Source of the DNA: an uncultured Candidatus Saccharibacteria bacterium
GTDB lineage: Bacteria > Patescibacteriota > Minisyncoccia > Phycocordibacterales > DATDWN01
DNA: 64,000 nt
Direction of reading: 5' to 3'
Assembly (NCBI GenBank): GCA_964596875.1
Contig: CAZQVT010000002.1
Location: 5,508-69,507 of the forward strand
Part shown: positions 9,733 through 20,075 of the stretch, piece after piece
Layout: each line of letters begins with the position of its first letter
Position numbering within the stretch: position 1 is the first letter of the stretch
Program-made: the position numbers and the translations under genes
Notes under the pieces: model-generated
Told to the model about the DNA's origin: nothing
Databases searched by the model: none
The model's input: the letters and a program-made list of their open reading frames with translations, nothing else

Positions 9733-11073
9733 TTACACAAAGATAGACCTAAGTTGGTTTATCTCTTGTACCAAAACCTCATCACTTTTTATGTCATTTT
9801 TTATCTTTTCACATGAGTGCATAACTGTGGTGTGGTCTCTACCACCTAGTTTTTCCCCTATTGCAGGGAAAGATATATTAAAATCCTCTCTCAGGATATA
9901 CATTATTATCTGTCTAGGTTTTATAATTTCTTTTTTTCTGGTTTTGTCGTAGATAAGTTGCTCTTCTATGTTGTAAAAGTCGGAAACAGTCTTAACTACT
10001 TCTTTAATAGATATTATTTTCTTTGGTCTGGTGTTGTTTTTAACGAAACTTTTTACTTCTGCAAGTGTTAATTCCCTTCCTTTTAACTGAGACTGGCATG
10101 TTATCGAGTTTATAGTTCCTTCTAATTCTCTAATGTTTCCATTTATAGAGTAAGCTAGGTATTCCACAACATCTTTTCCTAATGGATACTCACTAGCGTT
10201 TAGTTTCGCCTTAATAATAGCGATTCTGGACTCATTATCAGGGGTTGGAATGTCTACCGTCATACCAGCACTGAACCTAGACTTCAGACGGTCTTCTAAG
10301 TCTTGGATAAGTGCAGGGTGTTTATCTGAAGAAAAGATAATTTGTTTGTTGTTTTCGTACAAATGGTTAAAAAGATGGAAAAGTTCCTCTTGAGTTTTCA
10401 TTTTTCCAGAGAAAAACTGCACATCATCCATTATCAATACATCGTATTTTCTGTACTTCTCTTTAAAGAAGTTAGGTTTGTTTGATTGGATGGCGTTTAT
10501 AAGTTCTTGAGAGAATTTTTCCGAAGTAGTGTAAAAAACTTTTCTACCACCAGATGATTTTAGGTAGTTCCCCATCGCTTGTATAAGGTGAGTCTTGCCG
10601 TGGCCAGTTCCTCCGTAAATAAATAGTGGGTTATAAACTATTCCAGGTTTTTTTATGACTGCCTGACTAGCGGCATAAGCAAATTCATTGAATGGTCCTA
10701 CGACAAAAGTATCAAAAGTGTATCTAGGGTTTAGATTATCCTCTTTGTTTATAAAAGTATCAGCGATAGGAAGTTCTCTAGTAACTGGTTGAGGTTTTTC
10801 TGCAAATGCTTTTTCTCGCATCTCCTCTTTTGAAATAATGTAGTGTAGTGACTGGACGTTACTAGATAGGTTTCGAAGAGATTTTAGTATAGTGTTATGA
10901 AACTTACTTGAAAGCCAGTCTTGAACAAAGGTATTTGGCACTCCCAGATATACAGTTCCGTTTTCTTGCTTAACAATAAAAGTATCTTTGAACCAGGTGT
11001 TGAAGTTAGGTTTAGACAAAGTTAACTCCATCTCGATCAGAACACCATCCCAAAGTTTTTTATTGTCCATCAT
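9733..11073 (-). CDS. dnaA: Chromosomal replication initiator DnaA
   Basis: NPLFIYGGTGHGKTHL, DDVQF, NIRELEG, GGRDHTTVMHS. Confidence 0.98.
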   Translation of the reverse strand: MMDNKKLWDGVLIEMELTLSKPNFNTWFKDTFIVKQENGTVYLGVPNTFVQDWLSSKFHNTILKSLRNLSSNVQSLHYIISKEEMREKAFAEKPQPVTRELPIADTFINKEDNLNPRYTFDTFVVGPFNEFAYAASQAVIKKPGIVYNPLFIYGGTGHGKTHLIQAMGNYLKSSGGRKVFYTTSEKFSQELINAIQSNKPNFFKEKYRKYDVLIMDDVQFFSGKMKTQEELFHLFNHLYENNKQIIFSSDKHPALIQDLEDRLKSRFSAGMTVDIPTPDNESRIAIIKAKLNASEYPLGKDVVEYLAYSINGNIRELEGTINSITCQSQLKGRELTLAEVKSFVKNNTRPKKIISIKEVVKTVSDFYNIEEQLIYDKTRKKEIIKPRQIIMYILREDFNISFPAIGEKLGGRDHTTVMHSCEKIKNDIKSDEVLVQEINQLRSIFV

Positions 11074-11184
11074 AGTCTAGTTATTATATAGAAAAGAAAA
11101 AAAGATGGCACTTGTTAAAAACACTCATTTATGTTAATAATGTGTGTACAAGGTGTTAATAACGATAAAACATAATTTTACAAC

Positions 11185-11322
11185 ATGTCTCAAACATATC
11201 AACCAAAAAAAAGAAAGAGAGCTAGAGCACACGGATTTCTAACAAGAAGTAAGACTGCTTATGGCAAAAAAACACTTCTAAGAAGAAGAAGAAAAGGACG
11301 GGCTAAACTTTCTACAGTATAG
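11185..11322 (+). CDS. rpmH: 50S ribosomal protein L34 (not in ORF track)
   Basis: [45 protein letters not shown]; divergent from dnaA. Confidence 0.95.
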   Translation: MSQTYQPKKRKRARAHGFLTRSKTAYGKKTLLRRRRKGRAKLSTV

Positions 11323-11352
11323 TACAGTCTCCCTATTCACTCCTATTTAAAT

Positions 11353-11700
11353 ATGTTGCCTAAAACAAGAAGAATAGAGAGAAAATACTTTAAACAAATA
11401 CTAACCCAGGGTAAAAGGTATAATTCCCAGTCTTTTAGCCTTTATTTGTCCAAAAATGACGAAGGTTCTACAGAAACACCTAGTAAGGTGGCTTTCTCAG
11501 TATCTAAAAAAGTAGTAAAAACTGCCGTAGGGAGAAACAAACTAAGAAGGAGGGGTTACTCAGCCATTTCTAAAAATATAAAGTCAATAAAACCAGGATT
11601 TCTTCTGTTTTTTGTGTATAAAAAGGACTACGAAAAGGATTATGTAAAAATTGAGTCCGAGATACAAACATTACTTTCACCTGCTCTTGTGATAATATAG
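11353..11700 (+). CDS. rnpA: Ribonuclease P protein component
   Basis: SVSKKVVKTAVGRNKLRR; rpmH-rnpA-yidC synteny. Confidence 0.93.
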   Translation: MLPKTRRIERKYFKQILTQGKRYNSQSFSLYLSKNDEGSTETPSKVAFSVSKKVVKTAVGRNKLRRRGYSAISKNIKSIKPGFLLFFVYKKDYEKDYVKIESEIQTLLSPALVII

Positions 11701-11704
11701 TCAA

Positions 11705-12421
11705 ATGACTTCAATATTTCACACACTTGTTTCTGAACCTTTATACAGCGGACTAGTTTTTCTTATAAATTCCCTACCCTTCTTTGATGTTGGTGTTGTA
11801 ATAATCATATTTACTATTATTACCAAGATAGTCTTGCTACCCCTTTCTATAAAGGCTTCAAAGTCTCAACTTGAGATGAAGAATGCCGAAAAAGACCTTG
11901 CTGTTATAAAACAAAAATATACAGATAAATCAGAACAGAGTTTGAAGGTGATGGAATATTACAAAGAAAAAGGCATAAATCCTTTTTCTGGAATACTTAT
12001 CCTACTTATTCAACTTCCTATACTTATCGGCCTGTATAGAGTGTTTTTGGGCCTACCAAAGATAAATCTAGACCTTCTATATAGTTTTGTGCCTGCACCA
12101 GAAACAATAAACATGATGTTTCTAGGTTTTGTTGATATGTCACAAAAAAGTTTGGTTTTGGCGCTTCTTGTTGGCGTTACAACATATATACAAACAAGCA
12201 TTGTGAGTTCAGGACAGACTACTGGTGGACAAGATAGTCAAAATGAAATTGCAAAAGCGATGGCTTTTCAAATGAAATACTTCCTTCCGGTATTTATTAC
12301 TGTAGTTATCTACAATATCTCTTCCGCCGTAGCCCTATATTTGTTTGTGAGTAACGTATTTTCTATTGCTCAAGAACTATATATCAAAAACAGATACCAT
12401 AAAAACATAGTGGTTGTTTAA
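11705..12421 (+). CDS. yidC: Membrane protein insertase YidC (short form)
   Basis: GINPFSG, LIQLPIL, LY..VSN.FSIAQ; synteny. Confidence 0.92.
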   Translation: MTSIFHTLVSEPLYSGLVFLINSLPFFDVGVVIIIFTIITKIVLLPLSIKASKSQLEMKNAEKDLAVIKQKYTDKSEQSLKVMEYYKEKGINPFSGILILLIQLPILIGLYRVFLGLPKINLDLLYSFVPAPETINMMFLGFVDMSQKSLVLALLVGVTTYIQTSIVSSGQTTGGQDSQNEIAKAMAFQMKYFLPVFITVVIYNISSAVALYLFVSNVFSIAQELYIKNRYHKNIVVV

Positions 12422-12435
12422 TGTTACCAGTTTAA

Positions 12436-13656
12436 CTATTTAGTCAGGTCCAAACTCCAAAGAGAGTTGTCTTTTTTGTTTACAAACAACAAGTATTGGT
12501 CATTTTCAGAAATGATTGGTTTTATAAGATCAATCTCCTCCCCTGATTCTTTGTTTAGGTCTAAAATTATATTCGAAGTTTTGTTTTCCAGGTCGTATTT
12601 CCAAACGTCGTCATTAAATGATATTTGTCCTTTGTACCAAGCAGTCAAGTTTCCAACTGCTATAAAGTCTTTTGGAACGGCACAGTATATAACTTTTGTA
12701 TTTTTGTTCGCCCACACACATTTTTCAGGAAACGTTGCTGGAGAGATGGTTTCGATAGACATATCTTTTAAGGCATAAGTTTTCATTAGGGCTGATCCGT
12801 CTTGGTCAAGGTATAAAACATCACTACCTGTAGGATTTACTAAAGTAGTAAGACCTTTTATATCCCCCATTATTTTCCTAACCCCCGCGTTTGTTGTATC
12901 AACAAAATATAAATACCCTGGAGTGTTTTCCTCTGATTTTGTGGTTAGGGCAACAATTTTTGCATTTACATACTGAGAAACCAGCTCTCTTATTGGAGAA
13001 TTCCATATTTGTTTTTTGTTTTTTCCATCAAAACTAGATACAAAACCATAAGAAGCGTTACTAACTTGTTCAAGATAAAATACGCTAGATCCAAAAGCGC
13101 TAACACTAGAAATATTCTGTTCCATTGCGGTTCCAGATATTGTGTTTTCTGTTGTGGTGCTAATATTTTTAAGTGTAAGTGTGTATGTGTCTACAGTGAT
13201 GTCATCATCTTTAAGATATTGAGCAACTAGAGAATCGTTTTTGTTTCCCCAGAAGGCTTCATAAACCATTGGTATGGTTGTGTTAGAGATTCTACCTTGT
13301 CTAGGTGAAAACAATTCAACTTCATAAATGTGACCAGTTGCTTTTTCTATATATCTAACAACAGAGCCAGCCTTTACGTCTAGGATTCCTGCTCCAGCGA
13401 CAGGCTCAGAAGTTATTTTTCTTAGTTTTTGAGTAAAGTCATTGTTGGTCTCTACTGGCACTTCTTCTGGAGTTTCTTCAGGAGTGTTTGTGTTATCTGT
13501 TACAGTGTCGCCTCCAAACGGAAAGAAGTTTCTGAAAATATTTGTACTTGTTGGGCTTCCGTCTGGATTTTTATTCAGCATGTAAAATGCAAACAATACA
13601 AGTAGTACCAAAACTAGGATTACAGATATTAATATGTAGATATTTTTTTTAGACAT
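12436..13656 (-). CDS. Membrane-anchored extracellular protein, probable beta-propeller
   Basis: N-terminal TM, Thr/Pro/Glu linker, repeated beta-strand pattern. Confidence 0.6.
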   Translation of the reverse strand: MSKKNIYILISVILVLVLLVLFAFYMLNKNPDGSPTSTNIFRNFFPFGGDTVTDNTNTPEETPEEVPVETNNDFTQKLRKITSEPVAGAGILDVKAGSVVRYIEKATGHIYEVELFSPRQGRISNTTIPMVYEAFWGNKNDSLVAQYLKDDDITVDTYTLTLKNISTTTENTISGTAMEQNISSVSAFGSSVFYLEQVSNASYGFVSSFDGKNKKQIWNSPIRELVSQYVNAKIVALTTKSEENTPGYLYFVDTTNAGVRKIMGDIKGLTTLVNPTGSDVLYLDQDGSALMKTYALKDMSIETISPATFPEKCVWANKNTKVIYCAVPKDFIAVGNLTAWYKGQISFNDDVWKYDLENKTSNIILDLNKESGEEIDLIKPIISENDQYLLFVNKKDNSLWSLDLTK

Positions 13657-13661
13657 CTTTT

Positions 13662-14666
13662 TTAAAATTGTATATGCCAATGATTACCTGTTGCTCTACC
13701 GTTATCGCCTGTTTCTTCATAAGTAGCGACTCCACCGCCAGGTATGTTTACCTGAGTTGCTGGTATATACCCTGGAGTTCCTCTTACACCAGAGGCACCA
13801 TGAGGAGTTTTTGCTTGAGGATTTGTTTTTGCAAAATAAGTTCGAAGAGAAGCTGAGTCGGAAACATCAACATTCGCTATGTTTGGGCCATGTGTCGCAT
13901 GACCACCTTCTGCACCTCCTGTAACCTGTATGTAACAATCTTTTACTACACTACTGCAAGCCCCTTTCATGGATTTAAGTCTTGTTATGGCAAGTTGAGG
14001 TAGGCCAACTATGTTTGTGCATCCTCTTGTTCCACCTGTCGTACAAGGTCCCGCATTAACCTCCACACTGTCTGGAGAACTACTCAATTGGTTCAGTAGC
14101 ACGGTGTTTTGTTGTTGTTGTGCAGGAGTAAGGGTGTAGCCATTTAAAATTCGTGTGCCATTTGCATTTGTTGTGTAGGTATATCCAGAAGTTGGAGCTA
14201 CTACTCCACCATTCCCACTTCCCGTGTTAGGATTGACGGTAAATTGTTGTATGTCTAAAGTAAAATCCAGCATTTTAGGGTTTATGGTTTGCAGAATTAC
14301 ATAAGAACCAATAACAAGTAATAGTCCCCAAAGTGCATTTTCTATCGCTTCTCTCCCCGCAGACTTGCCACTAAGGGCATCTGAAGTTGCATACATGACA
14401 CCACCGTAAACTATGACCACAAAAGCAAGTGCGACAGCGATTCCTATTGTTAGTTCAAACGCTCTCGGTAAATACATAGAAAGATCTGTGCATTGTTCAG
14501 CCTTACCATTAACTGTACAATTGACTGTTGTTCTGGGTAGTGGTGCTAGAACCACATAGTCTGTAGTTAGGGGTTGTTGCTGAGCTTTTACATATCCAGA
14601 TGTTAAAAATAAACCCAGTGATAAAAACGATGCAAGAAATATTTTTTTAACAGTCGCGGTTTTCAT
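13662..14666 (-). CDS. VirB2/TrbC-like pilin domain fused to a C-terminal putative Zn-peptidase domain
   Basis: Signal peptide; IAVALAFVVIVYGG..Y...AIENALWGLLLVIGSYVILQTINP; C-terminal H..D and HWH. Confidence 0.65.
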   Translation of the reverse strand: MKTATVKKIFLASFLSLGLFLTSGYVKAQQQPLTTDYVVLAPLPRTTVNCTVNGKAEQCTDLSMYLPRAFELTIGIAVALAFVVIVYGGVMYATSDALSGKSAGREAIENALWGLLLVIGSYVILQTINPKMLDFTLDIQQFTVNPNTGSGNGGVVAPTSGYTYTTNANGTRILNGYTLTPAQQQQNTVLLNQLSSSPDSVEVNAGPCTTGGTRGCTNIVGLPQLAITRLKSMKGACSSVVKDCYIQVTGGAEGGHATHGPNIANVDVSDSASLRTYFAKTNPQAKTPHGASGVRGTPGYIPATQVNIPGGGVATYEETGDNGRATGNHWHIQF

Positions 14667-14667
14667 T

Positions 14668-15678
14668 TTAATTATTTTGGTTATTAAATACTAAGTTAAA
14701 AATGTGCGAGTCAGACTGTAGTATTTTGTCGGTGCTTTCTACTGTAAGTGATATATTCGATGAGCCAACACTTCCTTCCCCAGGTCTAAAAGTTTGTGCC
14801 CACTGACTTTTCTCATTGTTTAGTGGTTTACCATTTATAGACCATGTATTTACCAAACTTTTATTTTTTAGTTCATCACCGTCAAAAAAGAAAGGCATTC
14901 CTATTACAGTTATCTCGTTTGTGTTATTTAACGCCAAACTACTACCTATTGCGTTTTGAAACTGTATTCCATAAGTTGGATCTTTTTTGTAAATGATAAT
15001 AGTCGGTTCTACTGGGTTTAGAACTATACTTCCAAAGGCTTGTCCATTGTCAGAGGTAACTTCTACACTTACTGTGACCGCTCTGGATATAAGTGAACCT
15101 TCGAAGGTAAAGGTATTTTTCCCATAACCTGATAATGTTTCAACTACTGAACTGTTTCTTTTCCATTTATATGTTAAATTTTTAGGGTTTATGTCTACTC
15201 CGTTTGCATTTTTAATATGAGGAAAAGCAATAACAGTTACTTTGTCCTGGTGAGCAAATAGTGACTTGCCCTTGTAAAAAGGTGGTACGAAACCGTGACT
15301 CTCCCACATAAGGTCTACGCTAGCTGGTTTTAGGTCTATATTTTTCTCAATAGTACCAGAGTCTGTGGTTTTTACTGTTATTCCAAGTGTGGTGATTTGG
15401 TCATCTCTTCCCATGGTAAAGTTGAACACCTTTTCACCTGTGCCACTTTTTATTGTTTTGCCATTTACTCTCCATGTAATACTCGCAACGTTTATATCGG
15501 TTGCATAACTAGTTAGGTAAACATAAACATTGTCCCCCGCTTTGGGGATCTCGGGCACCATTTGTATATTTACCACTTCACTTACTCCAAAATTTTGTGC
15601 GTGAACTTTTGTATAAAAACCAAAGATAGAAAAAACTAAAATAGTTATAAATGTTGGAATAAAAATAGAGCGTTTCAT
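14668..15678 (-). CDS. Secreted beta-rich (Ig-like repeat) protein
   Basis: Signal peptide ending VHA; repeated W..NG beta modules. Confidence 0.6.
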   Translation of the reverse strand: MKRSIFIPTFITILVFSIFGFYTKVHAQNFGVSEVVNIQMVPEIPKAGDNVYVYLTSYATDINVASITWRVNGKTIKSGTGEKVFNFTMGRDDQITTLGITVKTTDSGTIEKNIDLKPASVDLMWESHGFVPPFYKGKSLFAHQDKVTVIAFPHIKNANGVDINPKNLTYKWKRNSSVVETLSGYGKNTFTFEGSLISRAVTVSVEVTSDNGQAFGSIVLNPVEPTIIIYKKDPTYGIQFQNAIGSSLALNNTNEITVIGMPFFFDGDELKNKSLVNTWSINGKPLNNEKSQWAQTFRPGEGSVGSSNISLTVESTDKILQSDSHIFNLVFNNQNN

Positions 15679-15731
15679 CTTTATAATTGTAGCATCAGCA
15701 TCAAAATATTTATATTACTTTATACACAATA

Positions 15732-16223
15732 TTATGCTGCTTTCCCTAAATCATTATTGCTTATTCTTGTACTAGTTTTGCTTGCCTTCTGAGCAAACTT
15801 CAATACTTTTCCACCCATGTTTACTGCTTTATTTGCCACAGGAGCGAGTTTTGTTGCGACATTTACAACTTTTACTGCTGTGTTAACAAGGTTTAGGATG
15901 GTGTCACTTTTATAAATGATGTAATAGTAAATACCATCAAGTGTCCATAAGGGTAGTTCAGATATACCAGGCCACATTTCTAGACCAAAAGTTCCCAGTA
16001 ATCCAAAAAGCCTTTTAGGATTCCCCATACTCTGTCCTCGCATTTGTAAGTATAGTGCTAAACTCATAGCCACCCATAAATCTATAAGAAAGTTTATAAC
16101 AATACTTATGCCGGCGAACCAAACAAATATCCATTCTATAAAAATTTGAATCGCATCAACAATAAATAGTGCGGCAATAACAAGTCCCCACTCCAAGTTG
16201 CTGATTTTAGGTTTATCTTCCAT
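15732..16223 (-). CDS. Hypothetical membrane protein
   Basis: Several hydrophobic segments; co-oriented with VirB4-like gene. Confidence 0.6.
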   Translation of the reverse strand: MEDKPKISNLEWGLVIAALFIVDAIQIFIEWIFVWFAGISIVINFLIDLWVAMSLALYLQMRGQSMGNPKRLFGLLGTFGLEMWPGISELPLWTLDGIYYYIIYKSDTILNLVNTAVKVVNVATKLAPVANKAVNMGGKVLKFAQKASKTSTRISNNDLGKAA

Positions 16224-16237
16224 TTCCTAATTATACA

Positions 16238-18049
16238 CTACTTACTGTTTTCTAATTCACTTCTAGCTTTTTTGATAGATAATATTTGAGATGGGTCAGA
16301 GGTAATAATCTGGTCCTCTGTGTATGAGGCGATTATTTTTATAGCTACATGCTTTAGGCCAGCAAAGAAGATACCCTCCCCCACATCTGACTCAAGTAGT
16401 AGATATTTCTCTTCATCTGTAAGGCTAAATGCTTGTTGCAGTTTATCTATCGCAGTTGGAGACTGTTTTAGAAGTATCTGTATAGAAGAGTTAGTAATAA
16501 TCGGTAGGCCGTACGGAGATTTTAGGAAGTCATCCACGTCTTGGGTGATTGTTGCAAGTCCCAGGTAGTATTTTCTGCCTCTTTTTGCAAGAGAAAGAAG
16601 GAATGAAGCGGTGTCTTCAGATTTCATCATCCACCACGCCTCATCGATAACTAGAAGTCGCTTTTTAAGTTTCTTTCGAATCATATTCCAGATATAGTGC
16701 ATGATGATATACATGGCGATAGGTTTTAACTCGTCCTCCATGTCTCGGAGTGAGAACACGATAAACCTTTTGTTTATATCCACGTTACTTGGTTTGTTTA
16801 TGAAGCCAGCCCAAGTTCCTCTAGTGTATTTTGTAAGTCTTTGTGCTAGAGAGTCCCCTCCTTCCATTCCAGAAAGCACAAGCTCAAAGTCTGAAAGTAG
16901 AGGTGGTTCAATGTTTTCAAAGTTTGAGTCAGCAGTGATGTCTTTAAGTGCATATGTTTCTGTTATGGCTCTATCGATAATAGCGTCTTCTTCTGGTGTA
17001 AGTCCTCCCATCATGATTCTAAAAAGCCCCACCAGGTTTATAATGTTTGAACGCAAAACACTTGCAAACGACTCGTCTTCTCCTGGAACGGGTAGTTCAA
17101 ATGGGTTTATGTGGTGCTCAGAGTTAAGAGAGATGTTGAAAAACCTACCCCCTACTGCTTCTGCTAGGTACTCGTATTCTTTTTCTGGGTCGAGCACAAT
17201 AACGTCTGTATCAAACATCAAAGTTCTCAATATTTCTATCTTTGTTGCGTATGACTTTCCGGAACCTGACTTTGCAAATGTTATAGAGTTGTAGTTTTCA
17301 AGTGAAAATCTATCAAAAAGCACCAGAGATGAATTGTGTCTGTTTATTCCATACAAAATTCCCTTGTCTGAAGTAAGGTCAAAAGAAACAAACGGGAAAA
17401 GAGAAGAAAGTGGGGATGAATTTAGTTTGCTATACACCTCTAGACCGTCTGTGGCAATAGGTATTGCCGCCTTAAAAGCTTGTTCTTGTTGGAATAGAGC
17501 AGGTTTTAGATAAACTAATTTTGCTTCTAGGATAGACTTTATTTCTGACTCCACCTTGTCTAGTTCTTCACTAGAGTCTGCATACATTGTTATATACAAA
17601 CCAACATCAAAAAGTCTCTCCTGAGCCTGTTGCAGGTTGTCCCGCAGACTTTCTAGGTCTTGGTATGCAGTGTCTAGCATTGGGTCACGAACAAGACCCT
17701 TCGCTTCCCTGGCGTTTATCTGACTTTGTACCTCGGCCACCTTCTTTTGGAAGTTTCTTAGAACGGCCGATGTTTCGATAGGTTTAACGAAAATAGATAC
17801 ATCAAATATTTTGTCCAGGTTAATGATTGGAGAAAACCAGTTATCTCCTAGGAAACGTGGGTAAGAGATAACAAAGAAGCTTCTCAAAACTTTTTCACCA
17901 AGGTTTATTTCCTTCGGCGCTACTTTTAGAGCACTAGGAGCGATAACATCTTTTAGTTCTAGACTACTTGAGTCGTATATTTCTTGAGGAAGTATTGTAG
18001 ATATTTCCTTTTCTTCTTTTTTTGGTTTTAGAAAATCAAATAGTGACAT
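16238..18049 (-). CDS. VirB4-like secretion ATPase
   Basis: Walker A AKSGSGKS, LDPEKEY, Walker B LVIDEAW, KRGRKY, ITQ. Confidence 0.9.
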   Translation of the reverse strand: MSLFDFLKPKKEEKEISTILPQEIYDSSSLELKDVIAPSALKVAPKEINLGEKVLRSFFVISYPRFLGDNWFSPIINLDKIFDVSIFVKPIETSAVLRNFQKKVAEVQSQINAREAKGLVRDPMLDTAYQDLESLRDNLQQAQERLFDVGLYITMYADSSEELDKVESEIKSILEAKLVYLKPALFQQEQAFKAAIPIATDGLEVYSKLNSSPLSSLFPFVSFDLTSDKGILYGINRHNSSLVLFDRFSLENYNSITFAKSGSGKSYATKIEILRTLMFDTDVIVLDPEKEYEYLAEAVGGRFFNISLNSEHHINPFELPVPGEDESFASVLRSNIINLVGLFRIMMGGLTPEEDAIIDRAITETYALKDITADSNFENIEPPLLSDFELVLSGMEGGDSLAQRLTKYTRGTWAGFINKPSNVDINKRFIVFSLRDMEDELKPIAMYIIMHYIWNMIRKKLKKRLLVIDEAWWMMKSEDTASFLLSLAKRGRKYYLGLATITQDVDDFLKSPYGLPIITNSSIQILLKQSPTAIDKLQQAFSLTDEEKYLLLESDVGEGIFFAGLKHVAIKIIASYTEDQIITSDPSQILSIKKARSELENSK

Positions 18050-18060
18050 AAAAGTTTATA

Positions 18061-18696
18061 TTACGAAGTTTTAATAGGTTTCTCTGTGTCCCCCGGATTA
18101 AATATTTTGTAAAACAACTCAACAATCTCTTCTGTTCCAAGTTTTACTACACGGATTCCACATCGAGACAGTCCCTGTTCTACTACTGAAACTCTTTGCT
18201 CTAGTTGTGTGCGGTTTTCCTCAAAACTAGTCTCTTTTCTCGCTAGTTCTTCTTCAGAGTTTGTTTTTTTAAAGAAACCAACCCCACCGCTTTTGATGTT
18301 TATAAGTGCGGGGTCGTAGGGAACAACAATAAAGAAACTTTTTGTCATTATGTTAGTAGACTCTGTGAATTTTTTTATAAACTCAATATATTCCCTAGTC
18401 TGGATTTTCATTAGATCATTCATCTGTTCCTTGTACCTGTCCTCTAGCAGGGCTATATACGGCCGTATGTCTAGTCTTCTGGACTGAATGGAAACTTGCA
18501 CTGTGAAGTCCAGAGAGTTTAGGAAATCTTGAAACTGCAAGATGATTGCTCTTCTTTCATCTTCTGACTTTAGACTAAAGTTAAGAGAAGAAGTCATAAT
18601 GAGGCTTCTAAGAGAACCATCTTTTAAAATAATAGTTCCTCCCCTGACCTCTTTTATTGGCACAAATTCTTGAGTTGCTTTTGAGTTTATTGCCAT
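18061..18696 (-). CDS. TraC/VirB4 N-terminal-like protein
   Basis: SLNFSLKSEDER...FLNSLDF.VQ pattern; between PrgI and VirB4. Confidence 0.65.
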   Translation of the reverse strand: MAINSKATQEFVPIKEVRGGTIILKDGSLRSLIMTSSLNFSLKSEDERRAIILQFQDFLNSLDFTVQVSIQSRRLDIRPYIALLEDRYKEQMNDLMKIQTREYIEFIKKFTESTNIMTKSFFIVVPYDPALINIKSGGVGFFKKTNSEEELARKETSFEENRTQLEQRVSVVEQGLSRCGIRVVKLGTEEIVELFYKIFNPGDTEKPIKTS

Positions 18697-18723
18697 AAAA
18701 ATATTATATCAGAAAAAAATAAA

Positions 18724-19161
18724 TTATTTTGTTGTTTGTCCATCTTTTCCTGTGAGTGGATTAAGATTTTCATTTATGTCCAAAGTCCAAGTCAAATCTT
18801 TTAGTTTACTGTCAGAAATTCTAGGCATGTAAACCTGTCTTGTTGGGTCCTTGTAAACTGTTTCAGTCTTAACTATTTTTTTGTCCTCTTTTTTCCATAT
18901 GTATAGGTTTTGTTTTGTGTAAAAAAGAAAGGCTGACTCCATAAAGTCTATAAATGGTTTGTTGTTTACTTTGTAGAACGCCAAAGCCACAGAAAGTGGT
19001 CCAACTACAGCAATGAGGAGTATTGATACATATATAGGTAGGTATTTGAAGATCACAAAACACATGCCTGCCCCACCAGCAAGGTATATGAATTGTTTTA
19101 CAGTCAAAGGTCCTATAACCTTATCCTCTACATCAATAAATTGTGGTACTTGGTATCGCAT
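18724..19161 (-). CDS. PrgI-family (VirB3-like) membrane protein
   Basis: VPQFIDVEDKVIGPLTVKQF plus two TM helices. Confidence 0.85.
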   Translation of the reverse strand: MRYQVPQFIDVEDKVIGPLTVKQFIYLAGGAGMCFVIFKYLPIYVSILLIAVVGPLSVALAFYKVNNKPFIDFMESAFLFYTKQNLYIWKKEDKKIVKTETVYKDPTRQVYMPRISDSKLKDLTWTLDINENLNPLTGKDGQTTK

Positions 19162-19195
19162 AGCAAAATTATATTACAAATTTAAAAAACAAAAT

Positions 19196-20071
19196 TTATT
19201 CAAGCGGTTCTCTGTACGGATCTTTCTGGTATTTTGTTTCTATTGGTTTAATACTCGGAGTAACACTATTTAGTTTACTTCCCACTATAGGGTTGCTGCT
19301 AGGTGCTGGAGTTTTGTATATTTCTTCTGTCGCGTATCTAGGAACGCCAATGCCCATGTTTGTATTCTGCTTCTGGTTGTCCAGAGCATCATTTTGGAAG
19401 GCAGGTTTTATCATTTCCTTCGGAATATTTAGTGTGGTGCTACCAAAGCTCATTGGTTCGTTTTTTACAACTGGTGCCATTTCTTGAGGAGTATCTACCA
19501 CCTTTTTTGTAGCAGGCATAACTGTACCCCTTTCAAATACTCTGTTTTCTAGTTCGTAAACAATTTGGTCAGCTAGTATGTTTGAGATGTTCAGGAGGTT
19601 TACCAAATCTGTTCCTGTAATTTTCTCCCCCAGGTTTCTGTCTATTACACTCATGACTTCATTTTCTAGAACAGTTGCCTGACTAGTGCTTAGTCCGTAT
19701 TTATTTACTATATCCCCAACACGTTTCTTAGAAGTAACAGGATCGATTTTTGTCTCAGTTTTGTTTTTATTTATAAGTTCTAAAATTGGATTTAAAATCC
19801 TTTCACCAACCTCTAAAGATATTTTTTCTGCATCTTCATGACTTAGGTGTGCTTCAGTTTCAAGATTGCCTATGTATTTTTCAGATGAGACTATTCCAAA
19901 AACCAATAAAACTGTTTCGTAAATAAAAGAATCTTCATCTTGGATAGTCTTATTTTCTTCGATTATTTTTCTAATACTTTCAAGCCACGGCGTGCTTTTG
20001 ATCGCAAAAACCATATCTTTCGGCAAAATTTTTATTCTTTCACTTAAAATTTTTTTAATTTCTTGTTCCAT
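19196..20071 (-). CDS. Hypothetical protein
   Basis: 291-aa ORF in operon; low-complexity C-terminus ending DPYREP. Confidence 0.65.
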   Translation of the reverse strand: MEQEIKKILSERIKILPKDMVFAIKSTPWLESIRKIIEENKTIQDEDSFIYETVLLVFGIVSSEKYIGNLETEAHLSHEDAEKISLEVGERILNPILELINKNKTETKIDPVTSKKRVGDIVNKYGLSTSQATVLENEVMSVIDRNLGEKITGTDLVNLLNISNILADQIVYELENRVFERGTVMPATKKVVDTPQEMAPVVKNEPMSFGSTTLNIPKEMIKPAFQNDALDNQKQNTNMGIGVPRYATEEIYKTPAPSSNPIVGSKLNSVTPSIKPIETKYQKDPYREPLE

Positions 20072-20075
20072 GTTT

